A stretch of 57,369 nucleotides of DNA from a virus (taxonomy: Duplodnaviria > Caudoviricetes): positions 1 to 57,369 of the IMG/VR virus record IMGVR_UViG_3300037310_000117; one strand, written 5' to 3'. Both the position numbers and the translations under genes were made by a program. This document shows positions 40,601-47,726 of the stretch, in pieces. The notes beneath the pieces are model-generated. The model had not been told where the DNA came from, did not search any database, and saw only the letters and a list, made by a program, of their open reading frames with translations. Each line of letters starts with the position of its first letter. Positions within the stretch are counted from its first letter, which is position 1.

Positions 40601-41265
40601 ATATCGCTGGCATCGCAGCTGGTGACGAACAGGCGGCGATTTACTACGGCGACCAGGCGGTGCGGACGACGCAATCGGCAGGGCTTGCGCAGGACCTGCC
40701 GGCGATCATGCGTGGCAATCAGGTCAACAAGCTGCTGACGATGTTCTTTTCGTATTTCTCTGTGCTCTACAATTGGACCGCCTACGATCAGATCATGGGC
40801 GTGCGCAAAGGACGCGTGCCGCCTCATGTGTTCATCGCCAACATGGCGCTGATCTACATCATCTCGCCGCTGATCGCCGAAGCGCTCGCTGGCCGTTGGG
40901 AGCCGCGGGACGACGAAGACGAAGAGGACCGGAACGCGCGCCTGGCGTCAGTGGTGGCGCGGTTCCCGTTCCAGACAGTGCCGGTGTTGCGGGACATCGC
41001 GAACGCAATTGGCACCGGCTACGAGTACCAGCTTTCGCCAGCCGGATCGGCGCCTGGCAAGATTGCGGAGGCGCTCCGCGATTTGTCGGCGGGGCGCACT
41101 TTCGAGAGCGAGGCGACGACTAAGCGCGCGGTGACGGCGCTGGGCTATGCATTTGGTCTGCCGACGCCGCAGGCGTGGGTCACCGTGGATTATGTGGCAG
41201 ATAAGCTGGAAGGCGAAGAGGAAGGCTTTGACCCGATCGAAGCGTTCGTCGCTGACAGGAGATGA
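31603..41265 (+). CDS. Giant ejection / polyvalent protein (3220 aa) with HExxH metallopeptidase, PGDYG-like, HTH and ADP-ribosyltransferase-like modules
   Basis: STPLHEGGH (35650), HEQWARGNEAYLMEGKAPS, APGDY (36073), VLYHGT…SHFGT (37633), EEVQSDWHQ; gp16-like position. Confidence 0.85.
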   Translation: MPPPPVPTALSLFDAAREREESEEEARRARNNLIVQSGIDPEMAAAAQRDPMGGILGPGYDPRRLERQRRDELLVSTSPRLQRWMADPANAAIAYDDVHPLSFWERLSDISDTVFHGSTMDTRTERDIARTPLGRRWVQGQRNVEMARLGNRANPYAMQGTLSVDIGGSPLSVAEWAQLQRLERTPRAEGGGILGTVTEQLPQIFGAFDAAGRRAIRDASRSWRESMGYLDGATPLGAIETVANAPFAALTAGAIGLPRGAVGFTYEQEAGAAFLEFRQMVDRQGNRLDQRLAGEAASQVGQINAVLEFAGLSTSLKAVGAGQLLSRLTRGGVRQALRRIGYREALRRVATGTAGAALSEGVTELSQEGVTIMLGQMAQAAQGGEWEALSDEELAERLWESFSVGATVGGVLGGVGASGRFLSDIDDVRRARDQQALFEAIADGAQSSALRTRAPARFASAVDALVAGGPLEQVTIDPDRFVGYFEDRGEDAFAVADQLSGVGREALEQALESGAPLAIPTGTYAAQIAATPHHAELAQHVRMGSGALTPAEVAARLEFGVDLERATSEAARLQAEAREVVRETESVRSRLMEMFTVAEGYTDAANEAFATYYAESIITLAERAGMKSSELLDAINLEMQGPFEALRAEEGAVQGAEFEQRGRIIDAHTARGERREVYVNPTQADLLRLTRPPSGEPSYKHDTVRAIRAADGTVFVARAYDLTHDEIAAAAAKAGTPIADYLPHMLPGDAHGVETYTLQRRGNELFRAAALYQRDEQVAPFYSAVERVIAESTTARASGAQWWSTISRAPGVKREELQWIGLEDFLKAREGPIPREEVLQFVRENGVRVEETVLGDKNKRDLLPPEVQRHRLELIEEKDRLLREHDEIRSPMTYRADNPRVDEIQARAKEIDDELYRIAVQEQEASNAAEGLATRWSQYTLPGGENYRELLLRLPPNDMAPSAAEIAEAKRIAEQNGDDWEPLGPNGRQRYHDLAARKIDTNFRSSHFDAPNILAHVRFNERTDANGARTLFIEEVQSDWHQGGRERGYRETARPEDMARIEAAARASGVPALNTADDLLKAYRQGHISNIQDGELRAAMDRVIDGQDQRRVPDAPFKNNAWASLALKRMIRWAAENGFDQIAWTRGQHQIERFNLATQARSIRLVRRANGAEVLEAPLVGNLRETKIVDITPEQPLEAIIGKELADRVRAAPENDFGGGAATVREIKGDDLRFGGEGMRAFYDRILPNIANDLGKKFGARVGETEIRIPPDGGALSMRRTVPAHNETVHSLPITPEMREMALEGQALFQPPKRGGPAGVIYMPHLVEGGDLRQATIKLFEGRDLSTPLHEGGHLFLEVLQMLAKREPSLRSRFRQAGDNVPINVVPDGVVTGIAKPKADAAEVTAALAEQHEVVTTSWGAELSARTGKDYILTDQKGDRWVVRRDIFDATYVPAAKEGQFRKNPDLEVGYWISPDTRTIETLEGPVEAAPGDYVMVGAVGEMWPMKPVRFAQRNEVVESRDPAVPTQLQRDWATVLDWFGVTQEQWAGFNVEQKRKYHEQWARGNEAYLMEGKAPSAALRDVFAMFKRWLTFIYKSVQALNVNLTPAIREVMDRMVASDEAIEAARAEQAAPGAGGANTMSREQFGGTDKQYARYVRNIERAREDALADLEKEALGALVADRTRWWRSEEGKTRRAVEIDLDSEPARRAYDWLATGRWRHAANPPDGLEPMRISPALVVENYGQATLDALPPEIAAADSELLVEQAKEARAILRRKEPLRFASWVQQQGGVRDPSGDVKAILGSATVRPGLINNATGLDPDEMALRAWEAGYFGVGPGRLLQSGVSDAETGEVSFSDPRLTDNENKAVEMRLNGMSNADAADEMQVAEGTYIDYLASARRKGVDVPRAQSGPARTVRNDVLRLTQAHPRETSEQIAVRLRAMGHERTTAKSVRAAWSLLQAEGVLAPAAERAALFQGDNAPDGGQAGAGSYRIDNLGQLSYERPAGPPRVLYHGTGADVDSFAPGSHFGTQSAANRRLADNAPENARVYVVEAPAGDYVRVTDAGDAWGSGEYWTEMARNRSPRSDAEVDLFRALRNDTELRSLRGEALYARLDQHFRDHDFAGAIYANQFEGGESVFIPRGIPNEPPRSAPDASPIHPGFAFFSGERPTVREFLDKLDGDLKNTPAYTMDDEALVAARAEAQAIADWFAARGVNINAKDTTLREQIKGIVAREDAQGVDPDLAASIFGFASGEELLTALSTLKPRREAIEEETRRRMLRAYGDPFADGQIMDEARLAVHREARARVIELELDAIERAIGGGSRPVSRAARDIAEAQIERMAVKQVRKFDWFLGNERRHAKQAMKALEDGDLYAARTAKHRQLVNFHRYALARKAAKELDAAQRYFRKFERNGVRESIDADYLDQIDGLLEQYEFRRISQKAERRRIALSAWATQMEQRGLGHMVAIDPRILEEARRRPYSQLTLDEVRALHDAVKNIEHLGRLKDKLLDAADRRAFRETVTDLAEQMQATGPISPAVRRNYSPTAIERAQDRMREAHAEMTRMEFLFRYLDGGQANGPLWRALWLPFAQAANKEAGMMNAATRSMEAIWARYTNRERTHMFKRRIAMPDLPVGAATHYTKAELLSIALNLGNEGNLRALVDGFGWGTARQGVDALTDEQYAAAKAQIMSALSRVLDTRDWQTVQSIWDLTATFRDEAFALQKDLTGLDTEAVESTPLTLADGTVIAGGYYPLKFDAARDRQVNKEEQRQSVQELFGSNWSRPMTRKGHLIARVGSGGRPVKLSLTVFSEHVQNVVHDISYRRAVIDADKIIGDAQFADAFVAVAGQPMYDQLRPWLQAIASDRVDPTAFMWKFLQKLRGNVAIAAMGYRISTGLQQITGLLQAVPHLGAAEMAVALTKLVRNPATIAQKARVIANKSEFMRNRMQTLDRDIRETLERMETTDKLYPIRHNAFALVGMFDWAVSATVWTAAYDKAMTGNIAGIAAGDEQAAIYYGDQAVRTTQSAGLAQDLPAIMRGNQVNKLLTMFFSYFSVLYNWTAYDQIMGVRKGRVPPHVFIANMALIYIISPLIAEALAGRWEPRDDEDEEDRNARLASVVARFPFQTVPVLRDIANAIGTGYEYQLSPAGSAPGKIAEALRDLSAGRTFESEATTKRAVTALGYAFGLPTPQAWVTVDYVADKLEGEEEGFDPIEAFVADRR

Positions 41266-41600
41266 AGATGCGTGCAGTTCTGGTTCTGGCATTGCTTGCC
41301 GCTCTCACCGCCTGCGCCACCAAGCACTCGGGCCGCGTGACGCCGCTCTCGGAGCCGCAGATGTTCGCCATGACCTGTGACGAGATCGACGCTGGACTGG
41401 CGGAAGTGGCCGCGCTCGAGCAGCGAATTCAGGACAATTCCAACATCGACTTCCGCTCGTTCGTGGCGTTCGGGCTGGATTTCGGCATCGGCAACCGGAT
41501 CGAACGGCGCCGCGCTACGGAATCGGCGCGGCTGCGGCGGGCGCAATTGGAGGGCTTGCGGTTCGAGCGAGGGTGCGTTTCGGCAGCATCTGCCGAATAA
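41262..41600 (+). CDS. Lipoprotein (possible superinfection exclusion)
   Basis: Signal peptide with LTAC lipobox; DFGIGN motif; directly after the ejection gene. Confidence 0.75.
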   Translation: MKMRAVLVLALLAALTACATKHSGRVTPLSEPQMFAMTCDEIDAGLAEVAALEQRIQDNSNIDFRSFVAFGLDFGIGNRIERRRATESARLRRAQLEGLRFERGCVSAASAE

Positions 41601-41645
41601 ACCGCGTTCCCCTGGCATTCAGGGGCTGCGTGGCCTATCAGGGTC

Positions 41646-42986
41646 ATGGCCCTTGCCGAAGAGACCCCGCGCCGGCTTCACGTAGGAAACGGCACACGCG
41701 GCCCCTATTCCTTGTCTGTCGGCGGGGTCCCGATCACCTTTGCCGATTCCGACCACATTATCGTGACGCGCTATGATTCGGATGGCGTGCCGACGCCGCT
41801 GGTTGAGGGCACGGATTACGATCTTTCTGCGACCAGTGTGCTGCCGCCGGTAGGCACGGCTTATCCACAGACGGTCACTGCCGCCACGCTGACGCTGGAT
41901 CTGTCACAGGATGTGCTGGCGAGCGACGAGCACCTTGAGATCGAGCGTATCACGCCGCGTACGCAAGAGCAGGTGCTGACCAGCGGAGGTGGCTTCTCCT
42001 CGGCCTCCAACGAGCGTTCCTACGATGCGGTCGTGCGGCAGATTCAGGAGCTGAGCAACAAGCTCGAGCGCGTGCTGATGATCCATCCGCTGGATGAGGA
42101 TGGCGTGCTTGAGTTGGACCTGGAGACGGCGGATCGTGATGAGACGAAGATTCTAGGCTTTGCCGCGGACGGCAGTCTTGCAGTCGTCGATCGTCCTGCC
42201 GATGGCGCGACGGGTCCGACGGGTGCGACTGGCGCGACGGGTCCAGCTGGCCCAGCCGGAAGCGGTGCTGGCGACGTGCTTGGGCCGGCGACGAACACAG
42301 ACGGTTCGGTGCCGCTCTGGAACGGCGCCAATACCAAGACGCTGAAGAATGCCACCGCCGCTGAGGGACGCACGGCGCTGGGCTTAGGGTCCGCCGCATT
42401 GCTCACGTCGGCGCAGGTTTTCCAGGTCGCGAACAATCTCTCCGAGGGCGTCGCCGCAACGATGCGGACGAACTTGGGGCTCGGCTCCGCTGCGCTGCTG
42501 GCGTCATCGGCGGTGGCGCAAACGGCGAACAATCTCTCCGACCTGGCAAGTGCTTCCACAGCGCGGACAAACCTCGGGCTTGGCACGGCTGCGCTGCTCG
42601 CCGAAACCACGACCGCGCAATTCCTCGCTAATACGGCGGACAAAGCGCTGTCGACGGATCAGGTGTGGGCGGCCGGCGCGCTGTATGCGCTGACAGACGC
42701 CGCGACGATCGCAGTCGACATGTCGCTGTTCATCAACGCGACCGTCACGCTCGCCGGCAATCGCACGCTCGGCCAGCCCAGCAACACCAAAGTCGGCCAG
42801 TCCGGCGTGATCCGCATCATTCAGGACGGCACCGGCTCGCGCACGCTGGCGTATCACGCCGACTGGCAGTTTGCCGGTGGCACGACGCCGGTGTTGTCGA
42901 CGGCCGCCGGCACAATCGATTTGCTCTATTACGACGTGATCGCGGCGAACTTCATTCACGCCTCGCTTGTCAAGGCGGTGTCGTGA
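41646..42986 (+). CDS. Tail fibre protein
   Basis: GNGT.GP N-terminal anchor, collagen GxY run, RT(N/A)LGLG repeats, TLAGNRTL..P, QDGTGSRTL. Confidence 0.88.
   Translation: MALAEETPRRLHVGNGTRGPYSLSVGGVPITFADSDHIIVTRYDSDGVPTPLVEGTDYDLSATSVLPPVGTAYPQTVTAATLTLDLSQDVLASDEHLEIERITPRTQEQVLTSGGGFSSASNERSYDAVVRQIQELSNKLERVLMIHPLDEDGVLELDLETADRDETKILGFAADGSLAVVDRPADGATGPTGATGATGPAGPAGSGAGDVLGPATNTDGSVPLWNGANTKTLKNATAAEGRTALGLGSAALLTSAQVFQVANNLSEGVAATMRTNLGLGSAALLASSAVAQTANNLSDLASASTARTNLGLGTAALLAETTTAQFLANTADKALSTDQVWAAGALYALTDAATIAVDMSLFINATVTLAGNRTLGQPSNTKVGQSGVIRIIQDGTGSRTLAYHADWQFAGGTTPVLSTAAGTIDLLYYDVIAANFIHASLVKAVS
42364..42600 (+). repeat. Three ~34-aa fibre repeats (…ANNLS…RTNLGLGSAALL)
   Basis: GCGAACAATCTCTCCGA occurs twice; LGLG(S/T)AALL three times. 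Confidence 0.8.
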
Positions 42987-43435
42987 TGGTGCCCGGCCTT
43001 GTCCCTGCGATGATGCTGGCTGGCGTTGCTGGCATTCCGACGCTGACGGCGATCAGCAATGTGACCGATGAAATCCAGTACAATAGCCAGACGTCGCTGG
43101 CGCAGATCACGATTGCGTCGATCGGAGATATCATCAACGAAACGACTTCGCTTGGTTCCTACGACAACGGCGACTGGATCGACCCGAAGCAGGGCATGGA
43201 TCAGTTTTCGGTGCGCTGGACTGATGGCACCGGGACTATCAACGTCGGCACGGCCGGCGCGTGGCAAGCGCTCACATCATCGCGCACATTCGGCTGCACG
43301 ATCGGCGGCGGCGGCGGTTCAAAGACAGCCATTGGCACGTTGGAGATTGCTCGCACCGATGACACCACGACCGTGCTGGCGACTAAAGCGAACATTACTA
43401 TTCGGGCGACCAGCTCGCCGCTGACACCGCCATAA
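42986..43435 (+). CDS. Fibre tip/receptor-binding accessory protein
   Basis: TGATG coupling to the fibre gene; Thr/Gly beta-rich. Confidence 0.6.
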   Translation: MVPGLVPAMMLAGVAGIPTLTAISNVTDEIQYNSQTSLAQITIASIGDIINETTSLGSYDNGDWIDPKQGMDQFSVRWTDGTGTINVGTAGAWQALTSSRTFGCTIGGGGGSKTAIGTLEIARTDDTTTVLATKANITIRATSSPLTPP

Positions 43436-43455
43436 GGAATGACAAGGAAGACACC

Positions 43456-44394
43456 ATGAGCACGCAACCACACGCACGGCGCCGGAAGGAAGAGGTGGAG
43501 AACACCGCGCGCGCCTGGGGCGAAAAGCTGCTGGCGCTGGCGGAGGAAGCCTATGGCGACTCGCTGCAGCGAGACACCGATTCTGTGCTCGGCATGCATC
43601 TTGACGATCTGTCGCGGGCGCTGACGGCATACGCGGCGCGGCTTGGGGTGGAGCCGGTGGCGATGCCGGCTGAGCCGAAGACGGCTGGACCGGAAGCGCA
43701 AGAGCCGGAAGCGCAAGAAACGGGATTGAATCAAGCCGAAACGCAAGAGCCTCTTGCGCCGCAACTAGGCGAAGGGGCGGCCGTACCGGAAGCGGTTGCT
43801 GATTCAGCATTCAATCCATCCGATCTCTACGCCTTGCTCGGGGCGCTGCACGAGCGCGTCACAGCGCTCGAAACCAAGCCGGATGCCGATCTGCCTGGCT
43901 GGCTGCGCGAGACGCTGCAGTCGCATCATGAGCGCATGGACGGACACGACGCCAGGATCGCGCAGTTGGAAGCCTTGCTCGCCGATGCGCTGACCCGTAT
44001 CGCCTGGCTGGAAAACAACATCGGCCTCAGCGGCGTCTCGGTCACAGACGATTTCGTGGCTGATGTCCCGATCAACCCCGATGACTACAACCCGGAATCC
44101 TGGGGCTCGATCGAACGCGCGCGGGAGGCGTTGGGCAAGCAAGTGCGTCGCGAGCATCGCAATCTGGCCGGCATCCGCCAGACCGTGCTGAACGCCGTGG
44201 TCGACCTCAGCGACCGCCAAGCTCTCGGTGATCTCAGCGATGACGACAGAGCCCAGCTTGCACAACATCGCGCCCGCGCTGACCGGCTCGACCAGATCGA
44301 CTCGGTGCGGGACATGAAGCTGGACGAAATTGCCGGGCTTGATGATCTCGGCGCGGCGAAGACGTATCGCGCGGACGTGGGGTGGCCGCAGTGA
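43456..44394 (+). CDS. Hypothetical protein with a fibre-assembly-like C-terminus (…ADVGWP)
   Basis: AGGA SD; acidic coiled-coil. Confidence 0.65.
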   Translation: MSTQPHARRRKEEVENTARAWGEKLLALAEEAYGDSLQRDTDSVLGMHLDDLSRALTAYAARLGVEPVAMPAEPKTAGPEAQEPEAQETGLNQAETQEPLAPQLGEGAAVPEAVADSAFNPSDLYALLGALHERVTALETKPDADLPGWLRETLQSHHERMDGHDARIAQLEALLADALTRIAWLENNIGLSGVSVTDDFVADVPINPDDYNPESWGSIERAREALGKQVRREHRNLAGIRQTVLNAVVDLSDRQALGDLSDDDRAQLAQHRARADRLDQIDSVRDMKLDEIAGLDDLGAAKTYRADVGWPQ

Positions 44395-44413
44395 GCCGAG
44401 GCGTGATCTTGCC

Positions 44414-44779
44414 ATGAACCTCAGCCGCTGGCCCCGCCCGCTGATGATGTTTCTCGCGGTTATCACCGCGATATTGCTTGTCGTCTTCTTCGTCGGCATC
44501 GGCCTTGCGGTTTTGCGCGTCTATGATCGCGCCGCCACTGAGTTTCGCCCGGTGCCTGACATGTCGGGCGGCATCGCAGCTATCATCGGTGCGGTGGCGC
44601 TTTTGCTACCGGCGATCGTGCAGTTCATGCAGATTTTCCACGGGCGCCACCGCGAGCGCATGGATCAGCAGGCGCGAGGTTTGCCGCCCAGCGGTGTCCC
44701 TTTTCCCCAGCCCGCTCCAACCCAGCCCGGCGACGTGCCGGGCGGCGGCATGGTGAACAACCAGGCGATAACCGAATGA
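44414..44779 (+). CDS. Two-TM membrane protein, holin candidate
   Basis: Two hydrophobic helices; precedes the spanins. Confidence 0.55.
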   Translation: MNLSRWPRPLMMFLAVITAILLVVFFVGIGLAVLRVYDRAATEFRPVPDMSGGIAAIIGAVALLLPAIVQFMQIFHGRHRERMDQQARGLPPSGVPFPQPAPTQPGDVPGGGMVNNQAITE

Positions 44780-45642
44780 TCCCGGCATGGTGGCGATCCC
44801 CGCAATTCTGGGTGCGCGTCGGGCGCTTCGCTACAGCTCTCACGATCGCGCTCATGATCCTGCGTTTTCTGTGGTGGGCCAACACGCCGATCTGGCTGTG
44901 GTTTGGCCTGCTTCTGCTCGCAATCGCAGTGCTGACCAAAGTCGGCATGTTCGAAGGCACATGGCGCGGCTGGTTCAAGGTCAAGCTCAGGGAATGGAGC
45001 ACTGACCTGCGTCAACTCTGGATGTGGGCGCGACTCGCCTTCAAGCCAAAGCGTGACGATCAGGACGTCGCCGCAATGGCGCATCAGGCGCGCTTTCTGG
45101 ATGGAAGGACGCTATCGCCCGTGAACATCTTTACCTACCTGCCGCTGATCCTCGGCGTGCTTGGCGTGCTGACTATCGGCGTCGATCAGTGGCGCATCGA
45201 CCGTGTGAAGAAAGAACGTGATGCGCCGTGTTCGGCGCGTGAACTCACGCAGCGCAGTGATGGCGAGTATAGGACATCCCGCGCTTCATGTGCGCAGCTT
45301 GGCGCGACGAACGAGGTAGCGCGCGAATGGATGGAATTGGCGGAGCAAGCGGAAGCACAACGCGACGCCGAAGTGACCCGCATCAGAGACGAAATGGCCG
45401 CGACGATCGCGCGCCAGCAAGCCGAGGCGCAGCGCCGGCAGGCGCTTGCGGCGCGGCAAAGGAGAAGGGAAAATGAAGGTATCGAAGCTGCTCTTGGCGG
45501 CGGCGCTCCCGATCTTGAACGCAGCTTGTGCGAGCTTGCCGGGCGTGCCGATTGTGGGCCGCCCAGCGGAGCGGATAGCGCCCCCGTCGCTCCCGCCCCC
45601 GCTATCGTGCCGGACGCCGCCGCAAGAGCCGACGGCCAATGA
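44776..45642 (+). CDS. i-spanin (Rz-like) with extra N-terminal TM segments
   Basis: TM helices, periplasmic coiled coil, C-terminal Cys; overlapped by a lipoprotein gene. Confidence 0.6.
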   Translation: MIPAWWRSPQFWVRVGRFATALTIALMILRFLWWANTPIWLWFGLLLLAIAVLTKVGMFEGTWRGWFKVKLREWSTDLRQLWMWARLAFKPKRDDQDVAAMAHQARFLDGRTLSPVNIFTYLPLILGVLGVLTIGVDQWRIDRVKKERDAPCSARELTQRSDGEYRTSRASCAQLGATNEVAREWMELAEQAEAQRDAEVTRIRDEMAATIARQQAEAQRRQALAARQRRRENEGIEAALGGGAPDLERSLCELAGRADCGPPSGADSAPVAPAPAIVPDAAARADGQ

Positions 45643-45889
45643 TCCCCCGCAGTTGCCGGCGCTGATCGCACCGCCGGTGGGTGATGCGCAGAACACCGTC
45701 GCGTGGTGGCGGCTTGCGGCGCAGCACTTCGAAAGCCGCGCGCGGCGCGCGGAGTTGGCGCAGGCGTTCGCGGTCAATGTCGCCGACGCAGAACGCGAGG
45801 CGCGAATCAGCAATGCCATCACGCACAGCGTGTGCGCCACCGAATTGCAGGAGCGTGACGTGGCGCCGAGCGAAACACCGGTCGGATAG
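45473..45889 (+). CDS. o-spanin (Rz1-like) lipoprotein
   Basis: MKVSKLLLAAALPILNAAC lipobox, Pro-rich, starts inside the Rz-like gene in another frame. Confidence 0.7.
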   Translation: MKVSKLLLAAALPILNAACASLPGVPIVGRPAERIAPPSLPPPLSCRTPPQEPTANDPPQLPALIAPPVGDAQNTVAWWRLAAQHFESRARRAELAQAFAVNVADAEREARISNAITHSVCATELQERDVAPSETPVG

Positions 45890-45894
45890 ATGAA

Positions 45895-45999
45895 GTGGGC
45901 GATAACTCAACTTTCGGCGCGCTCATCGCCATCGCGGCGATCGTTGGACTGTTCCTGGCGTACCTGTACCTAAAGCGACATAGCGACGATGACGAGTGA
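45895..45999 (+). CDS. 34-aa single-TM protein
   Basis: GTG start, FGALIAIAAIVGLFLAYLYLKR; fills an intergenic gap. Confidence 0.45.
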   Translation: MGDNSTFGALIAIAAIVGLFLAYLYLKRHSDDDE

Positions 46000-46483
46000 A
46001 GGCGATCTTTGGCGCATGGTGGTCGGCCACGAACGCGAGTTCGGCGGCGTGGTCGCGCGTCAGAACGCCACCGACGCCAATGTCGAGCGCGTCGCCGAGC
46101 GCGTCGAAGCGGGCTTTGCCGAGAACAAGCAGATGATCGCGGACGCGATGCGGGCGATGACCGAATCGGTGATGCGCGAAGGCGCGCATATGCGCGGCGA
46201 GATTTCGCGCCTTGATGAGGCGTATCGCCAGCAGCGCAAAGTAGATGAGGACGAGCGCAAGCACCATGAGGAAGACGAAAGACGACGCACGGCGGATCTG
46301 ATCGCCAGCTTGCGCGAGACTGCCGAGCGCTCCGAAGCGGCGGCGTCGAAGGTTAAGCAACTGAACCGCCGCATCATCTTCGCGGTGGTCGTCATCGGCG
46401 CATTGGCGTCGGCGTTTATCGAAAACGCGCCGGCTTTGTTCAACCTGATAGGACACACATTCGATGCAAATATCGCCGGCTAA
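45989..46483 (+). CDS. Coiled-coil protein with a C-terminal TM
   Basis: Charged coil then IIFAVVVIGALASAFI. Confidence 0.7.
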   Translation: MTSEGDLWRMVVGHEREFGGVVARQNATDANVERVAERVEAGFAENKQMIADAMRAMTESVMREGAHMRGEISRLDEAYRQQRKVDEDERKHHEEDERRRTADLIASLRETAERSEAAASKVKQLNRRIIFAVVVIGALASAFIENAPALFNLIGHTFDANIAG

Positions 46484-47726
46484 GAGCCAACCTGGCGCAC
46501 GCGAGAATCTATGGGCCAAGGCGATCCATCGCTTCTGGTCTGACCCAGCCAATCTGATCGGGCCGCCGGGCGCGCTGGTGCGGCGCTCGTTCAAGTTACT
46601 GTGGATGGCGCTCTCGATCTACATTCTGATCTGGGTGGCGGCGCCGCTGCAGATCGCGTCGTGGCAATTGTGGATGACCGATGATGTGCTAGCCGCGCGC
46701 GTCGGCTGGTCGTTTACGCTAGCGTCGGCGCTTGGTTTCGCCATCGTGCGCTACGCGGCCGACGCCACCGATCCGATCAAGATGCCGATCTTCCTGCCGA
46801 CGCTGAAAGGCTGGCGCGATTGGCGCACCGCGCATCTGCACTTGCCGATCCCCACGGTGGCGATCGGCGCCGTGATGGTTGGCGCGCTGTTTGGCATTTC
46901 GCTGCTCGGGCTGTGGAATTTATACCTTCATGACCAGCAGACCACTGGCGGCGCCTCGGTGGCGGCGATCACCGGATCAACCGATCGTGTCGGCGAAGCG
47001 CAGCGCGCGCTGAATCAGTTCGAAGTGCAGACCGCGGCGGCGCTGGCGATCGTCGACCAGGGGATTCGCGAGACATCGGCCGGCTCGCCGACGGGGCGCT
47101 CCCGACTGGTACGCCAGCGAACGGAGCTGATGCAAGGCGCGGCGCAGACGCGGCGCGAATTGCAGGCTGAGCTGCGCACGGCGCGTGCCGAAACGGTGGT
47201 TACACACCAAACGTTCTCTGACCCGCGGCCCGTCGACGCGCAGGTCGCCGGCGCCACAGGTTGGGGACGGCCGGTGACGGCCTCGGTGCTTGATCTCCTG
47301 CGCTCTGCGGTGGTCGAGATGCTGCTCGTGATGGGTGCGGCGCTGGGGCTGGTCGGGTCGACGTCGCGAATCGGGGTGCCGGTTGGCACTGTTGAAACAA
47401 TCGGCGGGGCTGAAACCGTAGCGGCTACGGCATCGGCGCCGCCGGACGAACCGCCGCCACCAGTGAAGCGCCGCTACACCCTCCCAGCCGCGACGGCAGA
47501 AGATCACGAACGGGCGGCGACAATTGGGCCGGTGGCGTGGGCGCCTCCCGTGGCTGAGCCTATGCCGCCTGAATCGCCGGAGCCTGCCAGCGGCGATCCT
47601 GAGCCGATTGTGGACGTGTCCCAAAACGATGTGCCGGATGAGGGCGGCCCCGAATTTCAGGAAGAAATCGACCCGCTCGTTGCCGAGCACCTAAGCCAGC
47701 CGGAAATGGAGCGCGACAATGTCTAA
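46464..47726 (+). CDS. Multi-TM membrane protein with coiled coil and acidic Pro-rich tail
   Basis: 3 N-terminal TMs, coil, 4th TM; overlaps the Hsp70 start by 8 nt. Confidence 0.75.
   Translation: MQISPAKSQPGARENLWAKAIHRFWSDPANLIGPPGALVRRSFKLLWMALSIYILIWVAAPLQIASWQLWMTDDVLAARVGWSFTLASALGFAIVRYAADATDPIKMPIFLPTLKGWRDWRTAHLHLPIPTVAIGAVMVGALFGISLLGLWNLYLHDQQTTGGASVAAITGSTDRVGEAQRALNQFEVQTAAALAIVDQGIRETSAGSPTGRSRLVRQRTELMQGAAQTRRELQAELRTARAETVVTHQTFSDPRPVDAQVAGATGWGRPVTASVLDLLRSAVVEMLLVMGAALGLVGSTSRIGVPVGTVETIGGAETVAATASAPPDEPPPPVKRRYTLPAATAEDHERAATIGPVAWAPPVAEPMPPESPEPASGDPEPIVDVSQNDVPDEGGPEFQEEIDPLVAEHLSQPEMERDNV

Noticed and set aside
43690-43750. CCGGAAGCGCAAGA tandem repeat
   Set aside because: Short in-frame duplication in a disordered linker
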